A DNA stretch of 64,000 nucleotides, taken from Polynucleobacter sp. (GTDB taxonomy: Bacteria; Pseudomonadota; Gammaproteobacteria; Burkholderiales; Burkholderiaceae_D). Below the pieces are notes generated by a model. It did no database searches and was not told where the DNA came from. It saw nothing but the letters and a program-made list of their open reading frames with translations. Location of the stretch: assembly GCA_021737945.1 (NCBI GenBank), contig JAIPCX010000012.1, positions 6,665 through 70,664 on the forward strand, given 5' to 3'. The position numbers were made by a program, and so were the translations under genes. Shown one piece after another: positions 28,944-38,113 of the stretch. The number at the start of each line of letters is the position of its first letter. The first letter of the stretch is position 1.

Positions 28944-30374
28944 CTACCACCAGGGCACGTAAGATACCACGAGGCCGGCAACCGCACAGGCGACGATCAC
29001 GCGCACCGCACTGACTTTAAAGCGAATCAGCGCGATAGCTGCGGCTAGCCCGATGGCGATGGAGGCACTATCCCACTGACTGAGCGGCTGCGAAATATGA
29101 AATACCTGATCAGCAAAAAAAACGGCCAGGCTGGTGATGACACCCACGACAGCGGCAGAAATCGCGGTCAGCGGAGCAGTTAAGTGAATATTGTCGCGTG
29201 TCGATTCGACCAAAGGGCCACCCGCTAAGATAAAGATGAATGAAGGCAGGAAGGTAAAAAAAGTGGCAACCACTGCCCCCGCAGTGCCCGAGGCAAAGAG
29301 AGCGATGGGTCCAAATAAAGAAAAGTTTGCGAAAATTTCTTTGGTCCAGCCGCCAATGAAGCCGACGAACGCAACGATCATGATCAGTGGGCCCGGCGTG
29401 GTTTCGCCTAAGGCTAAGCCATCCAGCATTTGATCCGGAGTAAGCCATTGAAAGGTAGTGACCGCACCTTGATAGACATAGGGCAGTACCGCATATGCGC
29501 CACCAAAGGTGAGTAGCGCTGCTTTAGTAAAAAACCACGCCATTGGTGACAGTGGATTTTTTTCACCTAGCACTACATACAGTAAGGCCATGCCGATGAC
29601 GGCGATGGCGATGCCGATCACGCTGGTGAGTAGTAGTTTTCGACGACTGAAAGCGGCATGCGCTGGTGGTGGCGTGTCGTCATCGATAAGCGCGGGACCA
29701 AACGTCACTTTGTTGGATGGGTGACCACCGCCAAGTTGAAAAAAATCCGGCATGACACGACCACCCATAAAACCCATCAGCGCAGCTACACCAATAATAA
29801 GCGGGAATGGCAGTTGAGCAACGGAGATAGAAATAAAAGCGATTACAGCGATACCGATTAACCAGCGATTTTTAAGCGTGCGAGAACCCATACGCCAAGC
29901 CGCTGAAAGTACGATGGCGACGACGGCTGGTTTGATGCCGAATAAAATTCCGGCTACGACGGGTAAATCACCAAACGATACGTACAACCATGACAGCACG
30001 ATAAACATTAGCAAGGATGGCAGTATAAACAATGCGCCAGCCATGATGCCACCAACCGTGCGGTGCATTAGCCACCCGATATAGACCGCTAACTGCATGG
30101 CTTCAGGGCCGGGAAGCAACATGCAGTAATTAAGCGCGTGGAGAAAGCGACGTTCCGAAATCCAGCGCTTGCGCTCAACCAAATCAGCATGCATCAGTGC
30201 GATTTGACCTGCGGGACCACCAAAGCTAATGCAGCCTACTATTAACCAGTAGCGAAATGCTTCAGCTAGCGATACTGAGGCGGGAGACTCAGGCGATTCA
30301 ACTGGAATTTCATCTGGTTTGGTCACGATAGATGACAAGCTTTGATTACATATTCGGATAGTTGGGACCGCCAC
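28944..30374 (-). CDS. chrA: chromate ion transporter (CHR family, two-domain form)
   Basis: 476 aa with two CHR-type halves (FGGPAGQIALMH... and TFGGAYAVLPYV...). The annotated start overlaps the ETF-QO 3' end by 29 nt. GTG 30326 is an alternative start. Confidence 0.85.
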   Translation of the reverse strand: MAVPTIRICNQSLSSIVTKPDEIPVESPESPASVSLAEAFRYWLIVGCISFGGPAGQIALMHADLVERKRWISERRFLHALNYCMLLPGPEAMQLAVYIGWLMHRTVGGIMAGALFILPSLLMFIVLSWLYVSFGDLPVVAGILFGIKPAVVAIVLSAAWRMGSRTLKNRWLIGIAVIAFISISVAQLPFPLIIGVAALMGFMGGRVMPDFFQLGGGHPSNKVTFGPALIDDDTPPPAHAAFSRRKLLLTSVIGIAIAVIGMALLYVVLGEKNPLSPMAWFFTKAALLTFGGAYAVLPYVYQGAVTTFQWLTPDQMLDGLALGETTPGPLIMIVAFVGFIGGWTKEIFANFSLFGPIALFASGTAGAVVATFFTFLPSFIFILAGGPLVESTRDNIHLTAPLTAISAAVVGVITSLAVFFADQVFHISQPLSQWDSASIAIGLAAAIALIRFKVSAVRVIVACAVAGLVVSYVPWW

Positions 30375-32025
30375 CCCCTTCGGGTGTCACCCACACAATA
30401 TTTTGAGTCGGGTCTTTGATATCACACGTTTTGCAATGCACGCAGTTTTGCGCATTGATTTGTAATCGATCACCATTCGTGTCGTTAATATATTCATACA
30501 CTCCAGCCGGGCAGTAGCGTGATTCTGGGCCAGCGTATTTCGCGAGATTAATATTAACCGGTACGGCGGGATTTTTTAAGGTGAGATGCGCCGGCTGATG
30601 CTCGGTGTGGTTGGTATTAGAAATAAATACCGACGATAGACGATCAAAGGTGAGTTTGCCATCGGGTTTGGGATAAACGATAGGCTTGCACTCTGCGGCA
30701 GGTTTGAGCATTTCATGGTCAGCATGCGTATGGTGCAAGGTCCATGGCGCTTTACCACGTAGCACTAATTGATCAATGCCCACCATCAGTGCGCCGGTAT
30801 ATAAACCTTTGCTCATCCAAGGTTTAAAGTTACGTGCTACATGCAGTTCTTCATGTAACCATGAATTTTTAAACGAAGTGGCATAGGCCGTTAATTCATC
30901 GTGCGCACGTTCAGCGACTAAAGCATCGAACGCTGCTTCAGCAGCCAGCATGCCGGACTTCATGGCTGTGTGACTACCCTTAATGCGACTAGCATTCAAA
31001 AATCCAGCATCGCAACCTATCAGTGCGCCACCAGGGAAGGTGAGCTTAGGTAGCGATTGAATACCGCCTGCGGTAATGGCGCGCGCGCCGTAGGAGACGC
31101 GTTTACCACCTTCGAAAAATCCGCGTATGGCGGAGTGCGTTTTGTAGCGTTGAAATTCTTCAAAGGGTGAGAGATAAGGATTTTGATACGCGAGACCCAC
31201 GACGTAACCCACCATGACTTGATTATTTTCTAGGTGGTACAGGAAAGACCCACCATACGTGTCAGAGTCGAGTGGCCAACCTGCAGTGTGAATCACGAGG
31301 CCAGGCTGGTGTTTGGCTGGATCGATCTCCCACAACTCTTTAAGGCCAATGCCGTAGGTTTGCGGATCACGCCCTTCATCTAATCGATAAGCAGAAATTA
31401 ATTGCTTGCCTAAGTGGCCGCGTGCGCCTTCAGCGAACAAAGTGTACTTGGCGCGTAACTCCATACCTAGTTGAAATTCGCTGGTGGGTTTGCCATCACG
31501 ATCGACACCCATATTGCCAGTGGCAACGCCAGCCACGGCACATTGCTCATCATATAAAATTTCGGCCGCCGTAAAGCCGGGAAAGATTTCTATACCTAGA
31601 CTCTCAGCTTGCTGCGCTAGCCAGCGTACAACATTACCTAATGAGATAACGTAGTTGCCATGATTTTTAAAACAGTCGGGTAGCATCCACTGCGGTGTAC
31701 TGGCCGCACTTGTTTCGGTCAAAAATAGAAACCGATCTTCAGTGACAGCGGTGTTGAGCGGTGCGCCGCGCTCTTTCCAGTCAGGGAATAATTCGCTCAT
31801 GGCACGTGGATCCATGACGGCACCGGAAAGGATGTGGGCGCCGGGTTCGCTACCTTTTTCGAGTACGCAAACCGACAGTTCTTTGCCTTGCTTTTCGGAT
31901 AGCTGCTTCAAGCGGATGGCGGCAGAGAGTCCCGCCGGACCGGCGCCGACGATGACGACGTCATAGTCCATGCATTCGCGCGGGCCGTATTGTTCTAAAA
32001 AGGCGGGGTTTTGGCTAGGATTCAT
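30346..32025 (-). CDS. electron-transfer flavoprotein:ubiquinone oxidoreductase
   Basis: 559 aa. The FAD fold motif is VVIVGAGPAGLSAA. The C-terminal 4Fe-4S motif is CVHCKTCDIKDP, and the protein ends PEGGGGPNYPNM. Confidence 0.92.
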   Translation of the reverse strand: MNPSQNPAFLEQYGPRECMDYDVVIVGAGPAGLSAAIRLKQLSEKQGKELSVCVLEKGSEPGAHILSGAVMDPRAMSELFPDWKERGAPLNTAVTEDRFLFLTETSAASTPQWMLPDCFKNHGNYVISLGNVVRWLAQQAESLGIEIFPGFTAAEILYDEQCAVAGVATGNMGVDRDGKPTSEFQLGMELRAKYTLFAEGARGHLGKQLISAYRLDEGRDPQTYGIGLKELWEIDPAKHQPGLVIHTAGWPLDSDTYGGSFLYHLENNQVMVGYVVGLAYQNPYLSPFEEFQRYKTHSAIRGFFEGGKRVSYGARAITAGGIQSLPKLTFPGGALIGCDAGFLNASRIKGSHTAMKSGMLAAEAAFDALVAERAHDELTAYATSFKNSWLHEELHVARNFKPWMSKGLYTGALMVGIDQLVLRGKAPWTLHHTHADHEMLKPAAECKPIVYPKPDGKLTFDRLSSVFISNTNHTEHQPAHLTLKNPAVPVNINLAKYAGPESRYCPAGVYEYINDTNGDRLQINAQNCVHCKTCDIKDPTQNIVWVTPEGGGGPNYPNM

Positions 32026-32194
32026 GGCGTACTATTTAGGTTTGGGCGACGGAGATAGTAGGTCGGCATTGTCGGGGATTTTGGCCTTGTGCGCTAGCTC
32101 GGGCAAGCTGTTTCGGGCTGAATCATGTAATGATAGCGGGTTGGCTGGCGATTGCTGGCTCGAGTGGCTGAAATAATAATCTTAGGGAGACATC

Positions 32195-32971
32195 GTGGGC
32201 ATCGAAGTAAATCTCAATGGCAAGGTGGCGTTGGTAACGGGCGCCTCGAGTGGATTAGGTACACGTTTTGCAAAAATACTTGCCGAAGCGGGTGCGCAGG
32301 TGGTGTTGGCAGCGCGTCGCACAGAGCGTTTAAAAGAACTGCGCGCCGAAATTGAAGCCGCGGGTGGTGCGGCTCACATGGTGACTTTGGATGTGACCGA
32401 CTATGCGAGTATCAAATCTGCGCTGGCTCATGCTGAGACTGAGGCAGGTCATATCGATATCCTTATCAATAACTCAGGTGTTTCAACGACCCAGCGTTTA
32501 GTTGATGTAACCCCGGAAGACTATCAGTTTGTGATGGATACCAATTTGCGCGGTTCGTTTTTTGTAGCGCAAGAAGCGGCAAAACGCATGATCATGCGTG
32601 CAAAGAGTGAGCCTAATCGTCAACATCGCATCGTGAATATTGCATCCGTGGCTGGTTTGCGTGTGCTGTCACAGATTGGTGTGTATTGCATGAGTAAAGC
32701 GGGTGTCGTGCAGATGACCAAAGCGATGGCACTCGAGTGGGGCCGTTACGGTATCAATGTGAATGCTATTTGCCCAGGCTATATCGAGACAGAGATTAAT
32801 CGCGAGTACTTCCGTAGCGAAAGCGGTCGTAAATTAGTCGATATGTTGCCGCGCAAACGCGTGGGCCAACCTGAAGATTTGGATGGCTTGTTATTGCTAT
32901 TAGCGTCGGATGAATCACGCTTTCTCAACGGCGCGATCATGACGGCAGACGATGGAATGTCAGCTTTCTAA
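32195..32971 (+). CDS. short-chain dehydrogenase/reductase
   Basis: TGASSGLG and YCMSK (YxxxK) motifs are present. The start is GTG with GGGAGA upstream. Confidence 0.88.
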   Translation: MGIEVNLNGKVALVTGASSGLGTRFAKILAEAGAQVVLAARRTERLKELRAEIEAAGGAAHMVTLDVTDYASIKSALAHAETEAGHIDILINNSGVSTTQRLVDVTPEDYQFVMDTNLRGSFFVAQEAAKRMIMRAKSEPNRQHRIVNIASVAGLRVLSQIGVYCMSKAGVVQMTKAMALEWGRYGINVNAICPGYIETEINREYFRSESGRKLVDMLPRKRVGQPEDLDGLLLLLASDESRFLNGAIMTADDGMSAF

Positions 32972-33399
32972 TGAGCGCAGTGTCTGACTACGCCCTAGTG
33001 CACAGCGTGCGTATGCCGCTACGCTGGGGCGACATGGATGCGATGGGGCACGTTAACAATACCGTTTATTTTCGTTACTTAGAGCAAGCGCGAATTGAAT
33101 GGTTTGAAGCGATGGGTTGCCCACCGGCGTTTTCTGGTATCGGTCCCGTTATCATCAGTGCTCACTGTACTTTTTTGAAACAGTTGCGTTACCCCGGTGA
33201 TATCACCGTCAATACGCTAGTCGGCGATTTCGGACGCTCAAGTTTTCATACGCGTCATGAAATACGTCGAGTCGATGACCCCACCACGCTGATGGCTGAA
33301 GGTGGATCTAAGGTGGTTTGGGTCGATCAACGTATAGAAAAATCGGTACCGTTGCCGGATGAGATGCGCGCCTTGCTGGTGCAGTTACGAATCTCTTGA
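32971..33399 (+). CDS. acyl-CoA thioesterase, 4HBT/YbgC-like hot-dog fold
   Basis: 142 aa containing RWGDMDAMGHVNNTVYFRYLE. Its start overlaps the SDR stop (TAATG). Confidence 0.8.
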   Translation: MSAVSDYALVHSVRMPLRWGDMDAMGHVNNTVYFRYLEQARIEWFEAMGCPPAFSGIGPVIISAHCTFLKQLRYPGDITVNTLVGDFGRSSFHTRHEIRRVDDPTTLMAEGGSKVVWVDQRIEKSVPLPDEMRALLVQLRIS

Positions 33400-33490
33400 T
33401 TGTTTTTACTCGAACTGCCGTGGCAGAATTGCGTGTTTGATTTTTTACTAAATTTTTCTTCGGTCTCTTCTACGTTTTTCAGGAACATCT

Positions 33491-34189
33491 ATGAAAAAGC
33501 TTTACCCAGATGCGGCGAGCGCGCTCGCAGGCGTTGTTAAAAATGGTCAGACCGTTGCGGTGGGTGGTTTTGGTTTGTGCGGCATTCCCGAAGCGTTGAT
33601 CGCTGCTTTGCGCGATTCGGGTGTGCAGGGTTTAACGGCCATATCGAATAATGCAGGTGTTGATGGTTTTGGTTTGGGCCAACTGCTCAACACGCGTCAA
33701 ATCAAAAAAATGATTGCTTCCTATGTGGGCGAGAACAAAGAATTCGAACGCCAATACTTAGCGGGCGAATTAGAGTTGGAATTCACACCTCAGGGAACGC
33801 TAGCTGAAAAGCTACGTGCAGGTGGCGCAGGTATCCCAGCGTTTTTTACACGTACTGGTGTAGGTACGTTGGTTGCTGAAGGCAAGGAGTTACGTGAATT
33901 TGATGGCGAGACCTATGTGATGGAAAAATCACTGGTAGCAGATGTATCGCTGGTCAAAGCATGGAAAGCGGACCCAGTTGGCAATCTGATTTATCGCAAG
34001 ACCGCGCGAAACTTTAATCCGAATGTCGCGATGGCGGGTAAGACAACGATTGTTGAGGTTGAAGAATTAGTTGGGATTGGCGAGCTTGACCCCGATGCGA
34101 TTCATACCCCGGGTATTTTTGTTCATCGTATTGTGGTGAATGCAAATCCAGAAAAACGTATAGAACAACGCACGGTTCGTGCACAGTAA
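33491..34189 (+). CDS. scoA: 3-oxoacid CoA-transferase subunit A
   Basis: 232 aa containing [13 protein letters not shown] and [15 protein letters not shown]. Confidence 0.92.
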   Translation: MKKLYPDAASALAGVVKNGQTVAVGGFGLCGIPEALIAALRDSGVQGLTAISNNAGVDGFGLGQLLNTRQIKKMIASYVGENKEFERQYLAGELELEFTPQGTLAEKLRAGGAGIPAFFTRTGVGTLVAEGKELREFDGETYVMEKSLVADVSLVKAWKADPVGNLIYRKTARNFNPNVAMAGKTTIVEVEELVGIGELDPDAIHTPGIFVHRIVVNANPEKRIEQRTVRAQ

Positions 34190-34204
34190 AGCGGAGAAAT
34201 TACG

Positions 34205-34846
34205 ATGGCATGGACACGTGAAGAAATGGCCGCTCGTGCAGCGAAAGAACTGCAAGATGGCTTTTATGTAAATTTAGGCATTGGTCTACCGACGATGGTG
34301 GCCAATTATGTTCCGACTGATATTGAAGTGTGGCTTCAGTCTGAAAATGGTTTGTTAGGTATTGGACCGTTCCCAACCGACGATGCCGTCGATGCTGATT
34401 TGATTAATGCGGGTAAGCAAACGATTACGGCGATTCCTGGCTCATCGATTTTCAGCTCGGCGGATTCATTCGGCATGATTCGTGGCGGCAAAGTGAACAT
34501 CGCTATTTTAGGAGCCATGCAGGTATCCGAGCATGGCGATCTAGCGAATTGGATGATTCCCGGGAAAATGGTTAAGGGTATGGGCGGCGCGATGGACTTA
34601 GTGGCTGGTGTGCAACGCGTTGTCGTGTTGATGGAACACGTGGCCAAAGCCAAAGATGGAAGTAAATCGCACAAGCTTTTAAAAAAATGCACGCTGCCTT
34701 TGACAGGTGTGGGCGTGGTCGATCGCATCATCACCGATCTTGCAGTCTTGGATGTGACGGACAAAGGGTTGAAGCTAGTTGAATTAGCGCCCGGCGTCAC
34801 CAAAGAAGAGTTGATTGATAGCTCGGACTGCGAGATTCATTTTTAG
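34205..34846 (+). CDS. scoB: 3-oxoacid CoA-transferase subunit B
   Basis: 213 aa. The catalytic-Glu motif is LQSENGLLG, and GMGGAMDLV is present. Confidence 0.92.
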   Translation: MAWTREEMAARAAKELQDGFYVNLGIGLPTMVANYVPTDIEVWLQSENGLLGIGPFPTDDAVDADLINAGKQTITAIPGSSIFSSADSFGMIRGGKVNIAILGAMQVSEHGDLANWMIPGKMVKGMGGAMDLVAGVQRVVVLMEHVAKAKDGSKSHKLLKKCTLPLTGVGVVDRIITDLAVLDVTDKGLKLVELAPGVTKEELIDSSDCEIHF

Positions 34847-34877
34847 TCTATTTACTTTATTCCCCCTAGTGCTTAAC

Positions 34878-34910
34878 AAAGCCCAGTCCATAAACAGACT
34901 GGGCTTTTTT
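34878..34910 (+). terminator. intrinsic terminator after scoB
   Basis: AAAGCCCAGTC-CATAAACA-GACTGGGCTTT followed by TTTT. Confidence 0.8.
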
Positions 34911-35083
34911 CTTTAGGTGAACTCTTTGTATTGTCTGCTGCCGTTATTTAGCAACACGATGTACTAGTCGATGTACTGACCTGTTACTACCCTGATTTTT
35001 CCCCCCTATTTTTGCGCATACTTAATTCAGTAAAACGTGTAGCGCACGATTTTTTTGAATTCAATATACAGGGGCAAGTCATC

Positions 35084-36283
35084 ATGCGAGGTTCTTCAGG
35101 GATTCCTAAAAGTAATATTAATTCGACGTCAGCACCTACGACAACAGCTGATACCAACGCAGAATTAAAAAATAGTACAGAACCCTATAAGCGGCAAAAA
35201 ACACGCAAGCCACCTTTGGTTAAAGAACGGCAGCCAGCTTATCTGCAGAATAAAGAGGCTAAAACGAGTACGGTCTTTGGGTCCAAAGAAATGCAACAGG
35301 CGCTAAGCTTTAAGGAGAGCGTCAGCCCGTTATCAACTCAAACTGTGAATCAACATACAGTGCCGGTTCTTTCTTCTACGGGGAAAAATTTTGAAGAGAA
35401 AATCGCAAAATCTTCTATAAGTAGAAATGTGAATGACTTTCCTAATTCATTGGCTCTTCGTGTTCAATCGGCCTTGGCTGCGCACGATTTAGATCAATTG
35501 AACAATGCGCTTGACACCATAGAAAAAAAATCACTTCGATTTGACCAGCCACCTTTATCAGAGTTGCGGGCATCAAAAGAAATTCGTGTTAAAGCGGCGG
35601 CTATGCCATCTGCAGTATCAACCTATTACAGCGCTGACAAAGCAGATACATTATTAATCCGCATGATTCGATTAGGGTTGAATCCAAATGGGGAAGATGA
35701 GTATGGAAACACTATGCTTATGCATGCCTGCAAATCAGGAAATTTAACCTTAACTACGTTTTTGCTGACTGAGTGTCCGAATTTAAACAAAGATCGACTG
35801 AATATTTTTGGTCAAACTGCGGCGACGATGGCATATAACTATAACAATGTGCAGCTTTATCCATTACTCGAGCAAGCCGACATCTCCCCCCGTCCTGACA
35901 ATCCAGCCATTAGATTTTATCTAAGTTCGTTTGATATAGCTGATTACGGATCGTCCGATTCGGAAACGGATGAATACGTAGATTTATTTAAAGATAATAA
36001 TTATATGAATCTTGCGGATGAGAATGGTCAGACTTTACTTTTCCATGCGGTTATTCATGCGGACGTTGATTTTGTTTCCTTTCTTTGCGAGCAGAAGAAT
36101 TTTCCTAATGTGTCGTTGCGCGACAAAAAACAAAAAACTGTGTTTGATTACATAGATCAGATTAAAGACCCTCGGAAAAAGAAAGAAATACGGCAATGCA
36201 TTTATCGGGTATCGCTTAAAGCTGATTCTTTACAAAAACTCACGAAGTTCACTTACTCGGGTGGTGTTTTGGAAAAAGATTAA
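35084..36283 (+). CDS. ankyrin-repeat protein with low-complexity N-terminal half
   Basis: ANK-like repeats are present (GEDEYGNTMLMHACKSGNLTLTTFLL; ADENGQTLLFHAVIHADVDFVSFL). The N-terminal ~190 aa are Ser/Thr/Lys-rich with no signal peptide. GC is about 33-42% in the 60-nt lines I counted, against about 50% in the flanks. The start at ATG 35084 is uncertain; the track ORF begins at TTG 35012. Confidence 0.75.
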   Translation: MRGSSGIPKSNINSTSAPTTTADTNAELKNSTEPYKRQKTRKPPLVKERQPAYLQNKEAKTSTVFGSKEMQQALSFKESVSPLSTQTVNQHTVPVLSSTGKNFEEKIAKSSISRNVNDFPNSLALRVQSALAAHDLDQLNNALDTIEKKSLRFDQPPLSELRASKEIRVKAAAMPSAVSTYYSADKADTLLIRMIRLGLNPNGEDEYGNTMLMHACKSGNLTLTTFLLTECPNLNKDRLNIFGQTAATMAYNYNNVQLYPLLEQADISPRPDNPAIRFYLSSFDIADYGSSDSETDEYVDLFKDNNYMNLADENGQTLLFHAVIHADVDFVSFLCEQKNFPNVSLRDKKQKTVFDYIDQIKDPRKKKEIRQCIYRVSLKADSLQKLTKFTYSGGVLEKD

Positions 36284-37078
36284 TCACTGCGCAGCCCAAC
36301 CTCCATCCATATTCCATGCCGCGCCGCGCACCTGCGATGCAGCGGGGCTGCATAAAAACACGGCCAGCTCGCCCAACTGTTCTGGCGTAACGAATTCTGC
36401 CGAGGGTTGCTTTTCTATGAGTAGCTCGTGCTTTGCCGCTTCTTGCGAAAGGGATTTGTCATGCGCACGCGCATCGACTTGTTTTTGTACTAAGGGTGTC
36501 AGTACCCATCCCGGACAAATTGCGTTGCATGTGATGCCGGTTTGCGCGTTTTCTAATGCAGTGACTTTCGTTAAGCCGATGATGCCGTGCTTGGCGGCGA
36601 CATAGGCTGACTTACCAGCCGAGCCGACTAAGCCATGCACCGATGCGATGTTGATGATGCGCCCCCAGTTATTTTTTTTCATGAAGGGCAGGGCTAATCG
36701 TGAAGTGTGAAATGCTGAACTCAGGTTGATGGCAATCACGGCATCCCAGCGATCGACGGGAAAATCTTCCACATTAGCGACGTGCTGTATGCCAGCATTG
36801 TTAACTAAAATATCGATGCCCTCCATTTGAGTCACGGCCTCGCGCATCATTTGCTCTATCTCAGCCGCTTTCGACATATCAGCACCACTGTAGATCGTGC
36901 GCACACCATGCTGCTTGGCGATATCTTTTTGCAGTTGATCAATTGCGGTGGCATCGCCAAACCCATTCAATACGATATTCGCGCCCTGAGCGGCGAGTGC
37001 ATGAGCAATACCCAGACCGATGCCTGAGGTGGATCCGGTGACTAAGGCAGTTTTGCCGGAGAGTGAACGATTCTGCAT
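36284..37078 (-). CDS. bdhA: 3-hydroxybutyrate dehydrogenase
   Basis: 264 aa SDR with TGSTSGIGLG and YVAAK motifs and typical BDH sequence. Its stop codon directly abuts the ankyrin gene stop. Confidence 0.88.
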   Translation of the reverse strand: MQNRSLSGKTALVTGSTSGIGLGIAHALAAQGANIVLNGFGDATAIDQLQKDIAKQHGVRTIYSGADMSKAAEIEQMMREAVTQMEGIDILVNNAGIQHVANVEDFPVDRWDAVIAINLSSAFHTSRLALPFMKKNNWGRIINIASVHGLVGSAGKSAYVAAKHGIIGLTKVTALENAQTGITCNAICPGWVLTPLVQKQVDARAHDKSLSQEAAKHELLIEKQPSAEFVTPEQLGELAVFLCSPAASQVRGAAWNMDGGWAAQ

Positions 37079-37172
37079 TTTTTTCTCTTAAAAAGATGAT
37101 CGGTTACAGGGGATTGTAAGGCCAGAGACCAGTAAAATGAGGGTCTATTCAATAAATCTGGAGCGCCCTTCA

Positions 37173-38039
37173 ATGACGCAGCCGCAAATAAATATGGTGC
37201 AGTGTCTGTCGCCGCTTGGCTTACATCACATGGCGTACAAGGAATGGGGCGATCCGCATAATCCGGCGGTGTTGATCTGTGTGCACGGAGTCTCGCGGGT
37301 ATCGGATGATTTTGATGATTTGGCGCGGGCTTTATCGGATCGCTATCGTGTGATTTGTCCGGATGTAGTGGGCCGCGGGCGTTCGTCTTGGCTGAAAAAT
37401 CCCCATTTATATGCTGTACCTCAGTATGTCAGCGACATGGTGACCTTAGTCGCGCGCCTTAATGTGCAGACGGTGGATTGGTTTGGAACGTCGATGGGCG
37501 GGCTGATTGGTATGGGTTTGGCATCGTTGCCAGAATCGCCGATTCGTAAAATGATAATGAATGATATTGGGCCGAACTTAAATTATTCGGCTTTGCTGCG
37601 TATTGCGGCGTATATCGGTTTGGATAGACACTTTGGTAGTTTTGTGGAAGGTGAAGAGTACATACGCACCGTATCGGCTTCGTTTGGAACGCACACGAAT
37701 GATCAGTGGGACAAACTAGCGCGCGATGTATTGAGGCAGCAGCCGGATGGAACGTGGCGTCGTCATTACGATCCATCGATTGCGAAAGCATTTGGTAGCA
37801 TGACCGAAGAGAATGTGATCCAGGGTGAAGCTGCATTATGGGCCGCGTATGATGCGATTCGTTGCCCGGTGTTGTTAGTACGAGGCGCGCAATCGGATTT
37901 GCTGACTGCCGAGACTGCCAAACAAATGACTGAGCGCGGACCACGAGCCCAGCTGGTTGAATTACCTGATGTTGGTCACGCCCCGACGTTTGTGAATGCG
38001 GATCAGATAGAAATCGCGCGTCGATTTTTACTCTCTTGA
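37173..38039 (+). CDS. alpha/beta-fold hydrolase
   Basis: The nucleophile elbow is GTSMGG and HG lies near the N-terminus (CVHGVSR). A C-terminal GHAP histidine is present. The start at ATG 37173 has GGAG upstream. Confidence 0.8.
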   Translation: MTQPQINMVQCLSPLGLHHMAYKEWGDPHNPAVLICVHGVSRVSDDFDDLARALSDRYRVICPDVVGRGRSSWLKNPHLYAVPQYVSDMVTLVARLNVQTVDWFGTSMGGLIGMGLASLPESPIRKMIMNDIGPNLNYSALLRIAAYIGLDRHFGSFVEGEEYIRTVSASFGTHTNDQWDKLARDVLRQQPDGTWRRHYDPSIAKAFGSMTEENVIQGEAALWAAYDAIRCPVLLVRGAQSDLLTAETAKQMTERGPRAQLVELPDVGHAPTFVNADQIEIARRFLLS

Positions 38040-38113
38040 ACGCAGATTCAATTCGAAACACAGTAAGGTATAGCTGCAGTAAGACATAAATAATTCGCAG
38101 GAAAATTTTCGTT

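Noticed and set aside
30326-30374. 29-nt same-strand overlap between chrA start and ETF-QO stop as a possible programmed feature
   Set aside because: It is more simply explained by an over-extended chrA start; an in-frame GTG at 30326 removes the overlap.
34336-34803. 155-aa ORF on the minus strand
   Set aside because: It is antisense to scoB and has shadow-ORF composition.
36261-36605. 114-aa ORF on the plus strand
   Set aside because: It is antisense to bdhA. It is Cys/Ser/Ala-rich, as expected from reading a GC-richer gene backwards.
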